DNA of 64,000 nt, from NCBI RefSeq assembly GCF_006345805.1, contig NC_043012.1:41540001-41604000 (forward strand), given 5' to 3'. Shown one piece after another: positions 1 through 12,706 of the stretch (its first letter is position 1; each line of letters starts with the position of its first letter). The position numbers and the translations under genes are program-made. Under the pieces are notes generated by a model. It worked only from the letters and a program-made list of their open reading frames with translations. It searched no databases and had not been told where the DNA came from. This stretch comes from Octopus sinensis (lineage: Eukaryota).

Positions 1-600
1 GTCTAAGTGCATGTGTGTGTGTGTGTGTGTGTGCTTGTGTGTACGTTTAAGCTTGTGTGTGTAAGTATGAAGTGGTACAAAATATAAGACGTATAAACCC
101 AACTTGACTATACAATATATATGTGTGTGTGACTGTGAGTGTGTATGTGTGTGTGCTTGTGTGTGCGTGTGTATGCGTGCGTGTCTGTGTGTGTGTGAGT
201 GTGTATTTGAATAGTAAAATCTTGCGCTTAGATTTTATGCAAGTCATATATTCATATTTGTCAGTCGATAGCTCTAGGTCTAAAGTTCATAGTCGATATA
301 TAATTGATGGAATTTTGTTGGTAGATAGATGTAGGCGTGAATCTAGAGTAAGCAGGTGAACGCATCTATTAGAATTATTTAGCCCGTAATACTTGACGTA
401 TGTAGAATAATCACGTAAGCAAAGAGACTGTGGACAATATTATGCCTAAAGTGATGGTACGATAAACGTAAGATGGCACTTCCAGCAAACCTAAATGAAA
501 ATTCTTACAATTTTATCATCATCATCATCATCGTCGTCTTCGTCGTCATCATCATCATCAACATCATCGTCATCATCATCAACATTATTATTATTACTAA

Positions 601-825
601 GTAAAAGAGCAGTGCATGCCATTTTGATGGCATGCACTGCTCTTTTACTTAGTGACACTGGGATAAAATATACGAAGCCCACTATATCCATCATGACTAC
701 CCGTCTGATAAGGGTACACTAGGCACATGCATCACAAACATATGTGCGCGACATAGTGATCTCATATCAAGATAAACAGCTCATGACCTTGCAGGTGAGG
801 CCCAGTTAGAATTTTCTTCTGGTCA
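601..825 (+). mobile_element. Interspersed repeat of unknown family (5' part), abutting an (ATT)n run; carries a de novo 27-bp hairpin
   Basis: Colinear with 54211-54410 (GAGCAGTGCATGCCAT..AGTGACACTGG..TATACGAAGCCC..GATAAGGGTACA..CCAGTTAGAATTTTCTTCTGGTC) and with 5812-5955 on the minus strand. Confidence 0.75.
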
Positions 826-1339
826 TCGCATAATGTTGGCACAGCTTACAGTGTATATAGGTCCCAAATCTGCCATGTCTGTGGATATATTCCTTCATAG
901 CTGGGTCTGGCCAACCAGAGATAATCTGATCTGTTTGTTTCCCCATCACTACAGATTCTGCAGTTACTTATATTATTTTTTTTTCGTTGTGTCTTTCTGC
1001 TGGTTCCTCAACAAAAATTACCAATTTGAAACAGAACAGAAGTGAATAGTAAACCGCCAAATAAACCCCAAAACACAAGAATAAAAGTTAGCGAACCAAA
1101 CACCACAACCGAAGCACAAAGCTCACCAGGGAAAATATGTTAATAATAGAAATAATAGACAAAAAAGGATCTATTTTTTAGGGTTAGGACAGCAAACATC
1201 GGATAAAGAAAAAAGTTCAAGAAGAAGCAACTGTTAAACAACTGATAGGAAAGACCCTAAAATTATTAATGCGTCAAATCATCATCTTCAATGTTCGAGA
1301 CAATGGAATTTACTATGTTACGCCAGACTTCACGGTCCA

Positions 1340-1620
1340 TCATAGCATTACGGAGGTCCTGTTATCCCTGGAGATTACATCAGCGTAGGAGAGTCAGTCA
1401 GGTCAGGTCTGATGTATGCAGGATCGGATCCTGTTACTGGTAAACTGTAAACCAGTACAACTTTAGTCAGTGGGGTAGAAAGGGCTCCTTAGCCGTAGTG
1501 AAGGCAATCTGTCTAGGAAGATAACCTAACAATAAATCACTCGGTCCACAGCTTAGAAATACTGGGTTGACATCCAGCGGGAACAGTTTTGTTTCATGGA
1601 GGAGGAAAGATCTTCTTTAG
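1340..1620 (+). mobile_element. Possible RTE-type LINE 5' UTR-like relic
   Basis: GC-richer island containing GGCAATCTGTCTAGGAAG, reminiscent of RTE 5' UTR motifs from memory only; no ORF. Confidence 0.2.
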
Positions 1621-1720
1621 TGCTTGGTTGTACAATGCTTTCCAATGTGTGTAGTAGTGGCGCGCGCACACATTATTAGCCATTTGAAAAGACTATGCGT
1701 CAAAAAGAAATATAGACAGT

Positions 1721-2063
1721 GACGAACTTCGACGATTATTGATGAAAGGATTAAAATTCACATCTACACCTATAGTCGACCATCAGGAATTGGAGGAAGA
1801 TATCCAAAACTGTTGTCAGAAACTACGACTTGTAATTCAATGACATCTTCTCCACATTTCCACTGAGGCACAATATTTTGAGCGAACATATAGATTTGAA
1901 ATATTCAGCTTGTCGGAGCCTTCTGAAAGGTATAAAAAGAAGACGTCCGTCATTTTACTACAGTCGTCAAGAACTCAACCCAACCGTCGTTCAATACATT
2001 CTGAAATCTGATGATTATTATGAGCGTATGAAAGCGTTAATTGAACTTGATGAACATTACTAA
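1721..2063 (+). pseudogene. Penelope-like element N-terminal ORF relic
   Basis: 1721-1843 translates DELRRLLMKGLKFTSTP..ELEEDIQNCCQKLRL, matching the PLE motif LL.KGL.F.PTP...D...F.RKLRL; downstream VVQYILKSDDYYERMKALI resembles the pre-RT VVIM.K..Y..K...LL motif; stops and frameshifts present. Confidence 0.55.
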
Positions 2064-2273
2064 ATTTTGCTCTTTCTTGTTTAACACACTTCAACGTTGT
2101 AAACATTTTTAAAATACGTGAAAACCAGATAAAAGACATAAAAAGCAGACCACGTTGTAACTTTATTCAACTGATATATTATTCTATACACATTTACGCA
2201 ATTTCGGAAGATATATATATATATATATATTATATGCCAAAGACCAATGTCGACAGTTAGTATACAGGCAACA

Positions 2274-2277
<4 letters not shown>

Positions 2278-2345
<68 letters not shown>
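2278..2345. repeat. (TAA)n microsatellite
   Basis: Direct reading. Confidence 0.95.
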
Positions 2346-2347
<2 letters not shown>

Positions 2348-2545
2348 TTAAGGGAAAAGACGATTTTTTCTACATTTTCTTGTATTTATCTACCTCTGGA
2401 AATAGCAACAGAAATGTGGATAAAATTTTAAAAATAGATAAATGAAATATAAGAAAATGAAGAACGCATATTTCCCCCTCACCTCTTAAGCAATATTCAA
2501 AAGTAATCACCCCCAGAAGAAATATATTATCAAATGAAATTGTCT

Positions 2546-2662
<117 letters not shown>

Positions 2663-3127
2663 GAGCGCGCGTCGCAAGATTATGAGCTTGCGGCTATTTT
2701 CCTGTCTGATGAAGGTTTGAGACTAATCGATTATGTATATTGAAGAATCTATTATGAAGACACAAAACATATACCAATAGCTGCACTATACAACCAATGG
2801 GTGGAGCTTCGAAATACTTGATCTTCCAAACGCTCACAAGGTGGCGCTTTCTTTACTTTTCTTTCATTTTTATTTTGTTGGTGGGTAAGGACAAAATTCT
2901 TATGTTCTAGTTGTTCCGGTTATAATCAAAATAAAATGATTAGACATTTTATGGGGAAACTTTCCGTCTGGCTCTGTTTCTATGCATAAAGAAAATGATT
3001 CGGTTCTTTTTATTTTTTTATCTTTTTTCTGTTTTTATTATAACGGGGACTTACTATGTAGAATAGAAATATTTTCTTTGAAAAATGTGTTATTGCTGAT
3101 CAGGAGAAGCAAATACAAATTCAATCA

Positions 3128-3648
3128 CACATACACACACATACATACATACATACATACATACATACATACAAACATACATACATACATACATACATAC
3201 ATACATACATACATACATGATACATACATACATACATACATACATACATACATACATACATACATACATACGTACGTATTTACATATATACATTATATCA
3301 GTACGTACGTACATACATGCATACGTACATATACATCAAACTACATAGAGGGAGAGAGAGAGAGAGGCAGAACGACGAATAGATAGATAGACAGACAGAT
3401 AGATAGACAGACAGACAGATAGATATTTAGATAGACAGACAATAGAACAGACAGACAGACTGATTGCTCGATCGATCGATAGATTGACAGATCGATCGAT
3501 CGATCGATAGATAGACAGACAGACAGACAGACAGATAGATACATAGACAGACAGACATATAGATAGAAAGATCGATAGATAAATAGATAGATAGATATAG
3601 ATAGAGAGAGACAGACAGACAGAGAGACAGACAGACAGACAGACAGAT

Positions 3649-3689
<41 letters not shown>

Positions 3690-3736
3690 TAGATAGATAG
3701 AGAGAGAGACACACACAGACAGACAGACAGACAGAC

Positions 3737-3808
<72 letters not shown>
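3128..3808. repeat. Compound (ACAT)n/(AG)n/(AGAC)n/(AGAT)n microsatellite block
   Basis: Direct reading; source of the spurious YIHT/LSIY/LSVC ORFs. Confidence 0.95.
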
Positions 3809-3998
3809 GAATTTCTTTATTGGCTACACAGGGCTAAACACAGAGGGGACAATTACAATGTAGAGTTTTTCTTTTCGAGGGCGGGGGGGGGGGGGGCGAA
3901 AACAAAGTAAAAAATAGGGACAACGATCAAAATAGATCGAAATCGTTGGGGATATATGCAAAAAATGTCGAAATAGTACAAAAAAATCCCAAGACATG

Positions 3999-4098
3999 NN
4001 NNNNNNNNNNNNNNNNNNNNNNNNNNNNNNNNNNNNNNNNNNNNNNNNNNNNNNNNNNNNNNNNNNNNNNNNNNNNNNNNNNNNNNNNNNNNNNNNNN
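3999..4098. other. Assembly gap (100 N)
   Basis: Run of exactly 100 N. Confidence 0.99.
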
Positions 4099-4266
4099 CT
4101 GGGCGTGAGTTTGGCAGAGGTGATTTATTGTCGGTAGCAATGAGTTTAGATAATGTATTAGGTATACAACGCAGACATAAATATATATCGTACACACAAA
4201 CACATACAAATATATACATAAATATACATATGCATTATATATATATACATATATACACATCTGTAT

Positions 4267-4348
<82 letters not shown>

Positions 4349-4591
4349 ATATATCTATATATATTTTGTGTGCATGCAGATATTACTGAAAATGTATATA
4401 TATATATATGTATATACATAGGCGTATGTGGGCACTGGACGTCATGAAACGTGTACACAAAAACATACGAAGTACGAGTACATGGAATATGAACTACTTT
4501 TTCGAACAACGAAAGACACAAATGGAAAGCAAGTTAAACAATATAACGAACGACCCTTCATCAGTGGTTGGCAGTTATTTACTATCTTATT

Positions 4592-4636
<45 letters not shown>

Positions 4637-4696
4637 GGGGCGTTATTTTTCTTCGTCTTTTTGCCATATAATGAGTTACAAATACTGTTGTCGATG

Positions 4697-4850
4697 GGGA
4701 CATATCTTTGTAGTAAAAGAAATAACAGTCCTCTGGCTGCTATTTCTAATACTTTCGGTATGTGGTCTAGCAACCCTCATTCTTATCATTAGATATAATT
4801 TTAGCGAATATGGTCCTTTTCATACCGAAATACTACTTGGTGAAATTTGT
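4697..4850 (+). repeat. Interspersed repeat, copy 1 (inverted copy at 9170-9345), with internal 10-bp inverted arms
   Basis: Shared AAAAGAAATAAC.GTC.T.TGGCTGCTATTTCTAA..TTTCGGTATG...CATACCGAAA..CTACTTGGTGAAATTT. Confidence 0.7.
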
Positions 4851-4885
4851 TGATTTTATTAGTTAATTATATTTCACCCTTTATC

Positions 4886-5032
<147 letters not shown>

Positions 5033-5176
5033 ATATATAATAAGAACTATTATTCAGAGTTCACGTTCTAGCTTGTCGGGCAGTTTTGGTCTTTGCAGCT
5101 TTATTAATAAGGAATATTACTCTACCTCCTGTATTTGAGTACTAGTTTTTTCACCTTCTTTCACATTTGTGTCCTT

Positions 5177-5207
<31 letters not shown>

Positions 5208-5811
5208 CATACGATTACACACATACGCACACACACATGATTGGTGTTATATTTGAATATATACCTATATTTGTACGTATGTGTAAATATATGTATGTTA
5301 AGAAAATTATGAATATTGTCTTCTTTTTTGCTCTACTACATGTCTACTACATGCCGTTCCCTATATACTTGTTATAATTATCACCACCATTATAATTATT
5401 ATTCTCATTATTAAGATTATTATTATTATTATAATTGTTGTTGTTGTTGTTGTTGTTGTCGTTGTTATTATCATCATCATCATCGTTATTTTTCTACTCT
5501 CATCATAATTAACATTTCTTATTTCTTCATAAATGTTATTTTCTTTCTCCCTTTACTAGCAATCGGAATAGAAACGTCTAAATAATTACAAAAAGAGGAG
5601 AAGGCAAGTAATAAGATTATATTTAGTTTGTTGCTAACTAATCATTTTTGTTCAAATGGCGAACATTACAATAACACCGCGTCTACATTTTCGAGTGTAA
5701 TATGTTAATGCTTGAATTTCTTGTGGATTTATTTTCCCGCCAATGATTCAAGCTTCGCTTTATTTTTCACAGTTGTTTCCGCATAATTCAGGTGATGCGC
5801 TGTTTACCTTA

Positions 5812-5955
5812 ATATGAGGTCACCATGTCGCGCACATCTGGTTGTGATGTATGCACCTACTGTACCCTTAATAAACGGGTAGTGATGGCGGGTACATTAG
5901 ACTGTGTATAATTGTACCCCAGTGTCACTTTGATGGCATACATTGCTTTCTTATT
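5812..5955 (-). mobile_element. Fragment of the same unknown repeat family as 601-825 and 54211-54650
   Basis: Reverse complement matches GCCATCAAAGTGACACTGGGGTA..ATGTGCGCGACATGG. Confidence 0.7.
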
Positions 5956-6088
5956 GAAGAAGAAAAAGAAGAAGAAGAAGAAGAAGAAGAAGAAGAAGAA
6001 GAAGAAGAAGAAGAAGAAGAAGAAGAAGAAGAAGAAGAAGAAGAAGAAGAAGAAGAAGAAGAAGAAGAAGAAGAAGAAAAAGAAGAAG
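5956..6088. repeat. (GAA)n microsatellite
   Basis: Direct reading; gives the poly-K in ORF 5912-6379. Confidence 0.95.
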
Positions 6089-6089
6089 A

Positions 6090-6495
6090 TAGCGGAGCAG
6101 TGGAGCCAGAAGCCTCTGCATGGACAGTGTATACTCCGAAGCCGAAATGCTTATGTAGACCAAACAACAACCCATCATTGGCTGAGACACTCAGGACTGA
6201 AAGCAGAGACAGAAAGTTTCATATTGGCGGCAAAAATTCAAAGCTTTCTTGACAAAATCTACCAGGTTAACGTTCTTCCAAATGGTTCTGGCCCTATATG
6301 CAGATTCTGCGACACATTTGACATAACAATAGACCATCTCATCTCGAGATGTCCTGTTCTGACACCAAACGAATATTAAAATCGCCACGCTAGGATAGGA
6401 CAGTGTTTACTTTGGAAAATATGTAAACACTACGAACTCAGCACTCCTGCTCACTGGTATGATCATCATCCTGAGCCAGGAGTTACAGCAAAAAG
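6090..6495 (+). pseudogene. R4/Dong-clade non-LTR retrotransposon fragment (post-RT region with CCHC zinc knuckle), divergent subfamily
   Basis: QWSQKPLHGQ..HWLRHSGLKAETESFILAA..CRFCDTFDITIDHLISRCPVL..EY*NRH..WKICKHY..WYDHHPEP; homologous to 22885-23274. Confidence 0.85.
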
Positions 6496-6776
6496 TGAGA
6501 TAAAAAGAATAAATAATAAGGATAAGAAATCGTGTACGTTTCCTTTCTACTTTCACTTTCACTTAATGGCTCCAGGGGAAGCCACATCTAGCCGCTTTCG
6601 ATAACGCAGTCACAAAACCACAATTTCAACTGCAGTTCAAACCTGAATTTTAGTGGCATACCTACTTGAGCACTCACAGCGCATACCTATTATTCCAAAG
6701 GAAAATTCCTCATATCTTTGATATATATATATCCTAATGGCTTGAGCGAAACAAATGCTTACATATTTTTCTGGTC

Positions 6777-6839
<63 letters not shown>

Positions 6840-7959
6840 TCGACGCTGATGATAAATCCAAAAGGAATCATTGTTCTTTTACTTTTCCATAGTTTCTTGT
6901 TTTATAATCTCCAAAATAAGATATGGCGAATTCCGCTGATGGAAAGGTCAATGCATGACATTCTAAATATATTTTGTTTTATTTACTCATAAAAGATTTT
7001 GAGATTTCTCTCACAAAGGAACAATCCTTTAAGATACATTACGAAAGATAGTGGAACTCTTGTAAGGATCAACCGGACTGGAATATACAGCGTTATGTCG
7101 AAGGTGATAATATCGAGATGTTAGACAACTTATTGTAAATGAAGGCAGCGTAAGAGCAGAGCTTCTTGATATCTCTGCTCCTACATTAAAGTCTTTATAA
7201 TGTGTGCCAGAGCTGATGGTGTCGTGTTGCACTCTCCATTCGCAGTCGCTGATCTGTTGCCTAAATCACAAACACAACTGGTAGGGCGCTTGGATAGAGC
7301 TGGTTAGGATGAGGGGAGGGATGTGATGGAGAGGATGATAGAGGCGAAAGAAAAGAACGGATGATAAACTGGAAGGGATTTATCACTTTGACAACATCCA
7401 GTACTCGGTAGGATGATAAACAGACTGACAGAAAGTAAGAGAGGCAGACAGACAGATTGGTGTATAGAGAGAGCGAAAGGAAATAGTGAGAGAAGAGAAA
7501 GACACGGATAGAGAGACAAACAGACAGCCTGATAGACTGAGAGACGAAAGACAAGTTCATATATCAAATAGGAAAGGAAGCCATGCTGCCCTTCAAAATG
7601 GTTCTTTGGTTTTAATCGATATATTTATTCAAGATAATATCTCCATTAATTTTTGATTAAATTATCGCATCTATTTGGTAAATTGTTGATTTCCCGGGCG
7701 TGAAATTCTTTAGGTTTCAACGCAAAGGACCACTCAATATCACTTTTAACAGCTTCACAATTTATAAACAGTTTTACCTCTAACTAATGTTGCAATGAAC
7801 TGAAATGATGATAGACAGACGGAGGAAGGGCAGTAGAGTAAGCACGAGGATACAAAACTTATGTATTTAGTGCCATGATATTTTCTTGAGTGACTTCAAC
7901 AATATATAATTTTGTAATATCGTGTCAGAGCAACACTCCCTTTACTATTGACAAATTAC

Positions 7960-8580
7960 GGATGCTTTTTGAGCAAATGTTCGCACAATGCTTCAACAAT
8001 ATTTCTCCGCGCAAACTGCTTCGTTTTGTTTAAGCTTTTCATGAGAGACGACACCCTTTATATCCAACTAAACATAGAGAATATAATTTTTTTCAGTGTA
8101 CTCCTGGTTTGTGGCTGGATACTCCTTTATTGTCGTGTGTTAAGGATTTTTGTTATTGTTGGATATGATTATAGAGAACAAACGTTTTTTTGTCACTTGT
8201 CATGATTCCATCATGAGAAAGTTCGGTAGCAAGTCTCCTTTTCAAAGACGAACAAAAGGAATCTCTGCGCGTAAGCTGATGGCGGCCCTACTGACCAAGT
8301 TCAGACATGTTTACACTTTCTTGAAGGTGTTTCATGATCGAAGAGCAAATTGAATTGAATTTCTTTGCTAATTCTTGTGGAATTTGCTTTGAATTTTGAG
8401 CAGCTGTTATTTTCAGGAGCTCAATATTGATGGAACTTGATCATCCATATCGAAGGAAGATCTGTGAACGTAAGATTTCCCGAGCAAAATTGACCAAACC
8501 ATCGTAAGCTTCTGTTGGCACTTTGATTCCATAGCCGGAACGAATATTTCTTGCCGCTTCCATTACTAAAGAAACTCCCG
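7960..8580 (-). pseudogene. Decayed mariner-type (Tc1/mariner) transposase
   Basis: Minus strand gives EAARNIRSGYG (HTH start), QELAKKFNSI, IMKHLQ, a degenerate FL..I.T.DEKW-like region and a degenerate W..KG-like region, in mariner order; many stops and frameshifts; TIRs not found. Confidence 0.55.
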
Positions 8581-9057
8581 AATCCATACGGTATGCTATG
8601 TCTGTTATACGTCTGATCTAAATTTATTTTAAAATAAAAATATCGATACGAATCTATGCCCTAAACTATAAGTTAATCTGCAAAGAGTGAAAGACTTCAT
8701 AAGAAGGTAACAAATAAGGCTTATTTTGAGCTACGTATTGAAAAGGAAACGCCAAACTGATCGTGTCCAGCAGGACTTTCAATCCAGTTGATAGACAGTG
8801 AGATATGTATGTATGTATGCATAAACACACACACACACACACACACCACACAAACACAAATACAGATACTTAAATATTACACAGGTTTATATGTCAATTT
8901 ACGCACGTGCAGATAAAATGTTAGATGCACGTACGCACCTATGTATGTACACATTGATAGGTAGATATTTACTTCTTATATGATGTATGTACTTGTGTGT
9001 ATAAATAACTATATACATATATATATATATATTATATATATATATATATATATACAT

Positions 9058-9117
<60 letters not shown>

Positions 9118-9169
9118 GATATATATATATATATAGGGTAAAAGATTATTAATTTATAATTAATAAATT

Positions 9170-9345
9170 TCACCAAGTAGTTTCGGTATGGAAAGGAACC
9201 ATATTCGGTAAAAACTTATACAAGAAGTTTTATATATAATTATAACAATAATTAAGAGTTTAGCAATAAGTTGCTTAACCACCATACCGAAAATTTTAGA
9301 AATAGCAGCCAAAAGACCGTTATTTCTTTTCGCTACAAAAGATGA
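9170..9345 (-). repeat. Interspersed repeat, copy 2 of 4697-4850
   Basis: Reverse-complement homology; arms TTTCGGTATGG (9181-9191) and CCATACCGAAA (9282-9292). Confidence 0.7.
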
Positions 9346-10011
9346 CTCCACAGACAACCCTCTCTGTAACTCACACAGGCAAAAAAAAGAAGGAAAATAA
9401 TGAAATCAAACAGTCTTCGGTTAATTATGGACGCGTTTCTGGATTAGAGTTTAAAACTCATTTCCTTATCAACATAATATTCCGATAGTTATAAATTAAA
9501 AAATGCTAGAAAACTTACCCTTTGTATTTCTGACCAAGCGATATCAGAACATCACACAAGGTAGTTAGCATATCCGAATTTATATAGACGAGTGAAATTC
9601 ATATTTGCCACCAATTTCTACACCATGTGGCAAATATGAATTGTATATGTATATATACATATCTGCAGAGGATATGTATATAAGCATGAATTTAAATATG
9701 CCTATTTCTTCCCAGGTTTGACATTCCATAAATCCAAAATATTATTTTGGTACTTATGGGAGTACTGTCCTCGAAGACTCATATTGTCGTTCAATGCTCG
9801 AAATAAGAAGTAGACAGACATCCGAAAAATAATGAAGTGCCGTTCTTTGTGTAACTGGTCCAGTTTTCTATTCGTTTCTCTCGATGTTTGCGTATCGGAC
9901 TCATTTGTTTTCGTATTTCCTGTTGTTTACTGTTTGGTGACGCCCTGTACCCATATATGTATATGTATATGTATGTGCATGTATATATATATATTTTTTT
10001 TTTTTTGGAAG

Positions 10012-10388
10012 CACTCCGTCGGTTACGACGATGAGGGTTCCGGTTGATCCGAATCAACGGAACAGCCTGCTCGTAAAATTAACGTGTAAGTGACTGAGCA
10101 CTCCACACACACGTGCACCCTTAACGTAGTTCTCGGGGATATTCAGCGTGACACAGAGAGTGACAAGGCCGGCCCCTTGAAATACAGGTACAACAGAAAC
10201 AGGAAGTAAGAGTGAGAGAAAGTTGTGGTGAAAGAGTACAGCAGGGATCACCACCATCCCCTGCCGGAGCCTCGTGGAGCTTTAAGGTGTTATCGCTCAA
10301 TAAACACTCACAACGCCCGGTCTGGGAATCGAAACCGCGATCTTATGACCGCGAGTCCGCTGCCCTAACCACTGGGCCATTGCGCCTC

Positions 10389-10392
<4 letters not shown>
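10012..10392 (-). mobile_element. tRNA-derived SINE (family D here), near full length
   Basis: tRNA-like head GGCGCAATGGCCCAGTGGTTAGGGCAGCGGACTCGCGGTC..GGTTTCGATTCCC with A/B boxes; paralogs at 48406-48702 and 20140-20357; resembles octopus tRNA-SINEs from memory. Confidence 0.85.
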
Positions 10393-10470
<78 letters not shown>

Positions 10471-11023
10471 ATGCATATATATGTATGTATATATATATAT
10501 ATATTATATATATATATATATATACATATACATAAATGCATGAATGTGTGTGTGCATGCGTGTGAGAGTGCGTGTGTGTGTGCGCGCTTTTCTACATATG
10601 TGTACCACCGTATCCTAACTCATCACCGCCGTATTACACACGTATATCAATATAGGTTCATGTGTACACGACGAAAAACCATTTTGCTGAGAAGCACCTA
10701 TAAATGTCACACTTGGGAATATTAAGGAACCAAAAACAAACAGATATGTCAGAAGTACGTTCTGAACCCGAGGAGTGATTACTGGTAGAGATAATCCAGA
10801 GATGTTTTAATAGAATATTGCTAATACAGATTTAAAGATATATGTGTATTTGGATTTAACAAAAAATATTTCCGTTTTCAAGATATACTGAGAGATTCCG
10901 TGTTAATCTCGTTGTTGTTCCCGTTGTTATCTGTTGAAGCTTTGAAATAGCTTACGTGAAGAGAAACACAGTTTTACATACGATACAGCACGAAAATGTG
11001 TCCATGAGCCGCATGGTTGCTGT

Positions 11024-11576
11024 TTGACAACCGGGAAAAGGTTGTGGTTGGGGAGTCTGAAGCCTCCTCAACCCAAAAAGGCGGGCAACAATAGTTGCCT
11101 GCCGAAGGACCCAAAGGCTTCAAGAGGTGGGGGAGAGACTTCGTACAAAGCGGAAGAGCTCCACTCTCTCGAAGTCAAGAAGAAAAGAAAGAAAGAAGAA
11201 GAACGGGTCATCGCAGGGGGAGATGATATGCCGTCTACATGTCCCGAAGTTGTGCCACCCACGGAGGAAGAAACGACCCCCACCCTTAAAGATGATGAAT
11301 TAATTATCATTTTCTACAAGGGCGGGGAGGTGGAAAAAATAGTAGAAGGCCATAAAGAGACAGTAGATATGCCCTTCACACGGGATCCCGAATGGCCTCC
11401 GCAGATAGCTGTGGGAAAGGCTTAAAGGATTTGGGGAGGAGTATCGTATATGACCAGGTGGCCCTTACACAACTTACATGTCCTACATGAGTGAGGCATG
11501 GGAAATGGCTGAATACAGGAACTCAAACGGCATTGCAGATAATGATGAATATATCGATGGATATATCGATGAGTAG
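11024..11576 (+). other. GC-richer 133-aa ORF of unknown origin, with a probable frameshifted continuation to 11576
   Basis: Non-repetitive ORF 11024-11425; downstream frames give DQVALTQLTCPT and MSEAWEMAEYRNSNGIADNDEYIDGYIDE*; no recognisable domain. Confidence 0.3.
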
Positions 11577-12624
11577 GAGGTGAAAAAGCCTCGTTGGAGG
11601 GTTTGAAACCTCATCTTATTGTCTTATTTGTAGTGGTTTATAACCTCAATTGTGTGTTTAAAAAAACATGTTAAGTAAGAGGTTTTAGTGCCTCCTTCTT
11701 GTAAGAGGTTTGAAACCTCATATCGATTTTTTAAAAAAAGAAAATATGTTTTCGAAAAAAATCCAATCGGCGGGTGTTGGGTTTCGTCTCTCATTTATTC
11801 ATTTTATTTCATTTTCATTCATTAATGTGTTTGTCCAGCCCGCAAAGCTACACAATCTTTGTACTGTCTATGATGACAAATTTTATGAAATAAGTATGTA
11901 CGTATGTATGTATATTATCTAAGTTACACAAGATTTTAAATTTAAATATTTTAATATTTATGCATATTACCTTATGAGAGTACTATATTCGGATTCATGG
12001 TAATAGTATGTCTTGTATTATCAGGCAATATTTCAGTCTCAGATATGAAAGAAGTGCTCTTAAAGAAAAATAAATAATGAACAAAAAATAATGAGAGAAA
12101 AAAGTACATGACAAAATGGGACAAAAGAATATCTTGAACCGAAAGGAGAAAATTGTGGCATTCTTTTATTTAACTAGAGTAGGAATCGGCAACGGTTAGA
12201 GATTTGAATTCGAGGGAGAAAGGCAGATTTTTTTAGATAATGTGCTAAATCTGAAGAGGGTTACATTCTCCAGCTTCATAGTAAAACCTTATCTAAATGA
12301 TTGCATTCATTGAAAATTTCAGATCAGGAAGCCAGTAGGCGTTAAGCATTTTAGACGGAATTCTAAAATATATTATAATATATATAATTCTTCCGGCAAT
12401 GCAAAACGTTCACCTCCTTTACACATTAATGCATGGTGCGAATTGATGTGTGTGGAATATTGTTGGCTTTCAGGTTTCACATTTGGCCAGGTAACTTAGT
12501 GGTTTTCTTCTGGTCTACGCGATGGAATGAAGACTGTTGGTTCATATACCTCTTTCTGGTTTTAATCACTTTCAAATAGAATAATATAAGTTTTTTTTTC
12601 TTTGGGGGATTCGTTATTTCGTAG

Positions 12625-12706
12625 AAATGAGAAAATCTCAGCTTTGTACACCAGTGAGATAAACATACAAGCCTGCTCGAGTAGACAGTTGTCTGGGATT
12701 CAACAG
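12625..12706 (+). CDS. Candidate internal exon (82 nt; xNEKISALYTSEINIQACSSRQLSGIQQ)
   Basis: T-rich acceptor ..TTATTTCGTAG|, donor CAG|GTACGT, one open frame; no protein homology recognised. Confidence 0.25.

Noticed and set aside
2982-4521. Many overlapping 70-220-aa ORFs (YIHT, LSIY, VCMY, YI repeats)
   Set aside because: Translations of microsatellites, some running through the N gap
10330-10392. tRNA-like heads here and at 30656, 48406, 49170 and 62056 as genuine tRNA genes
   Set aside because: They continue into SINE bodies and lack a complete cloverleaf
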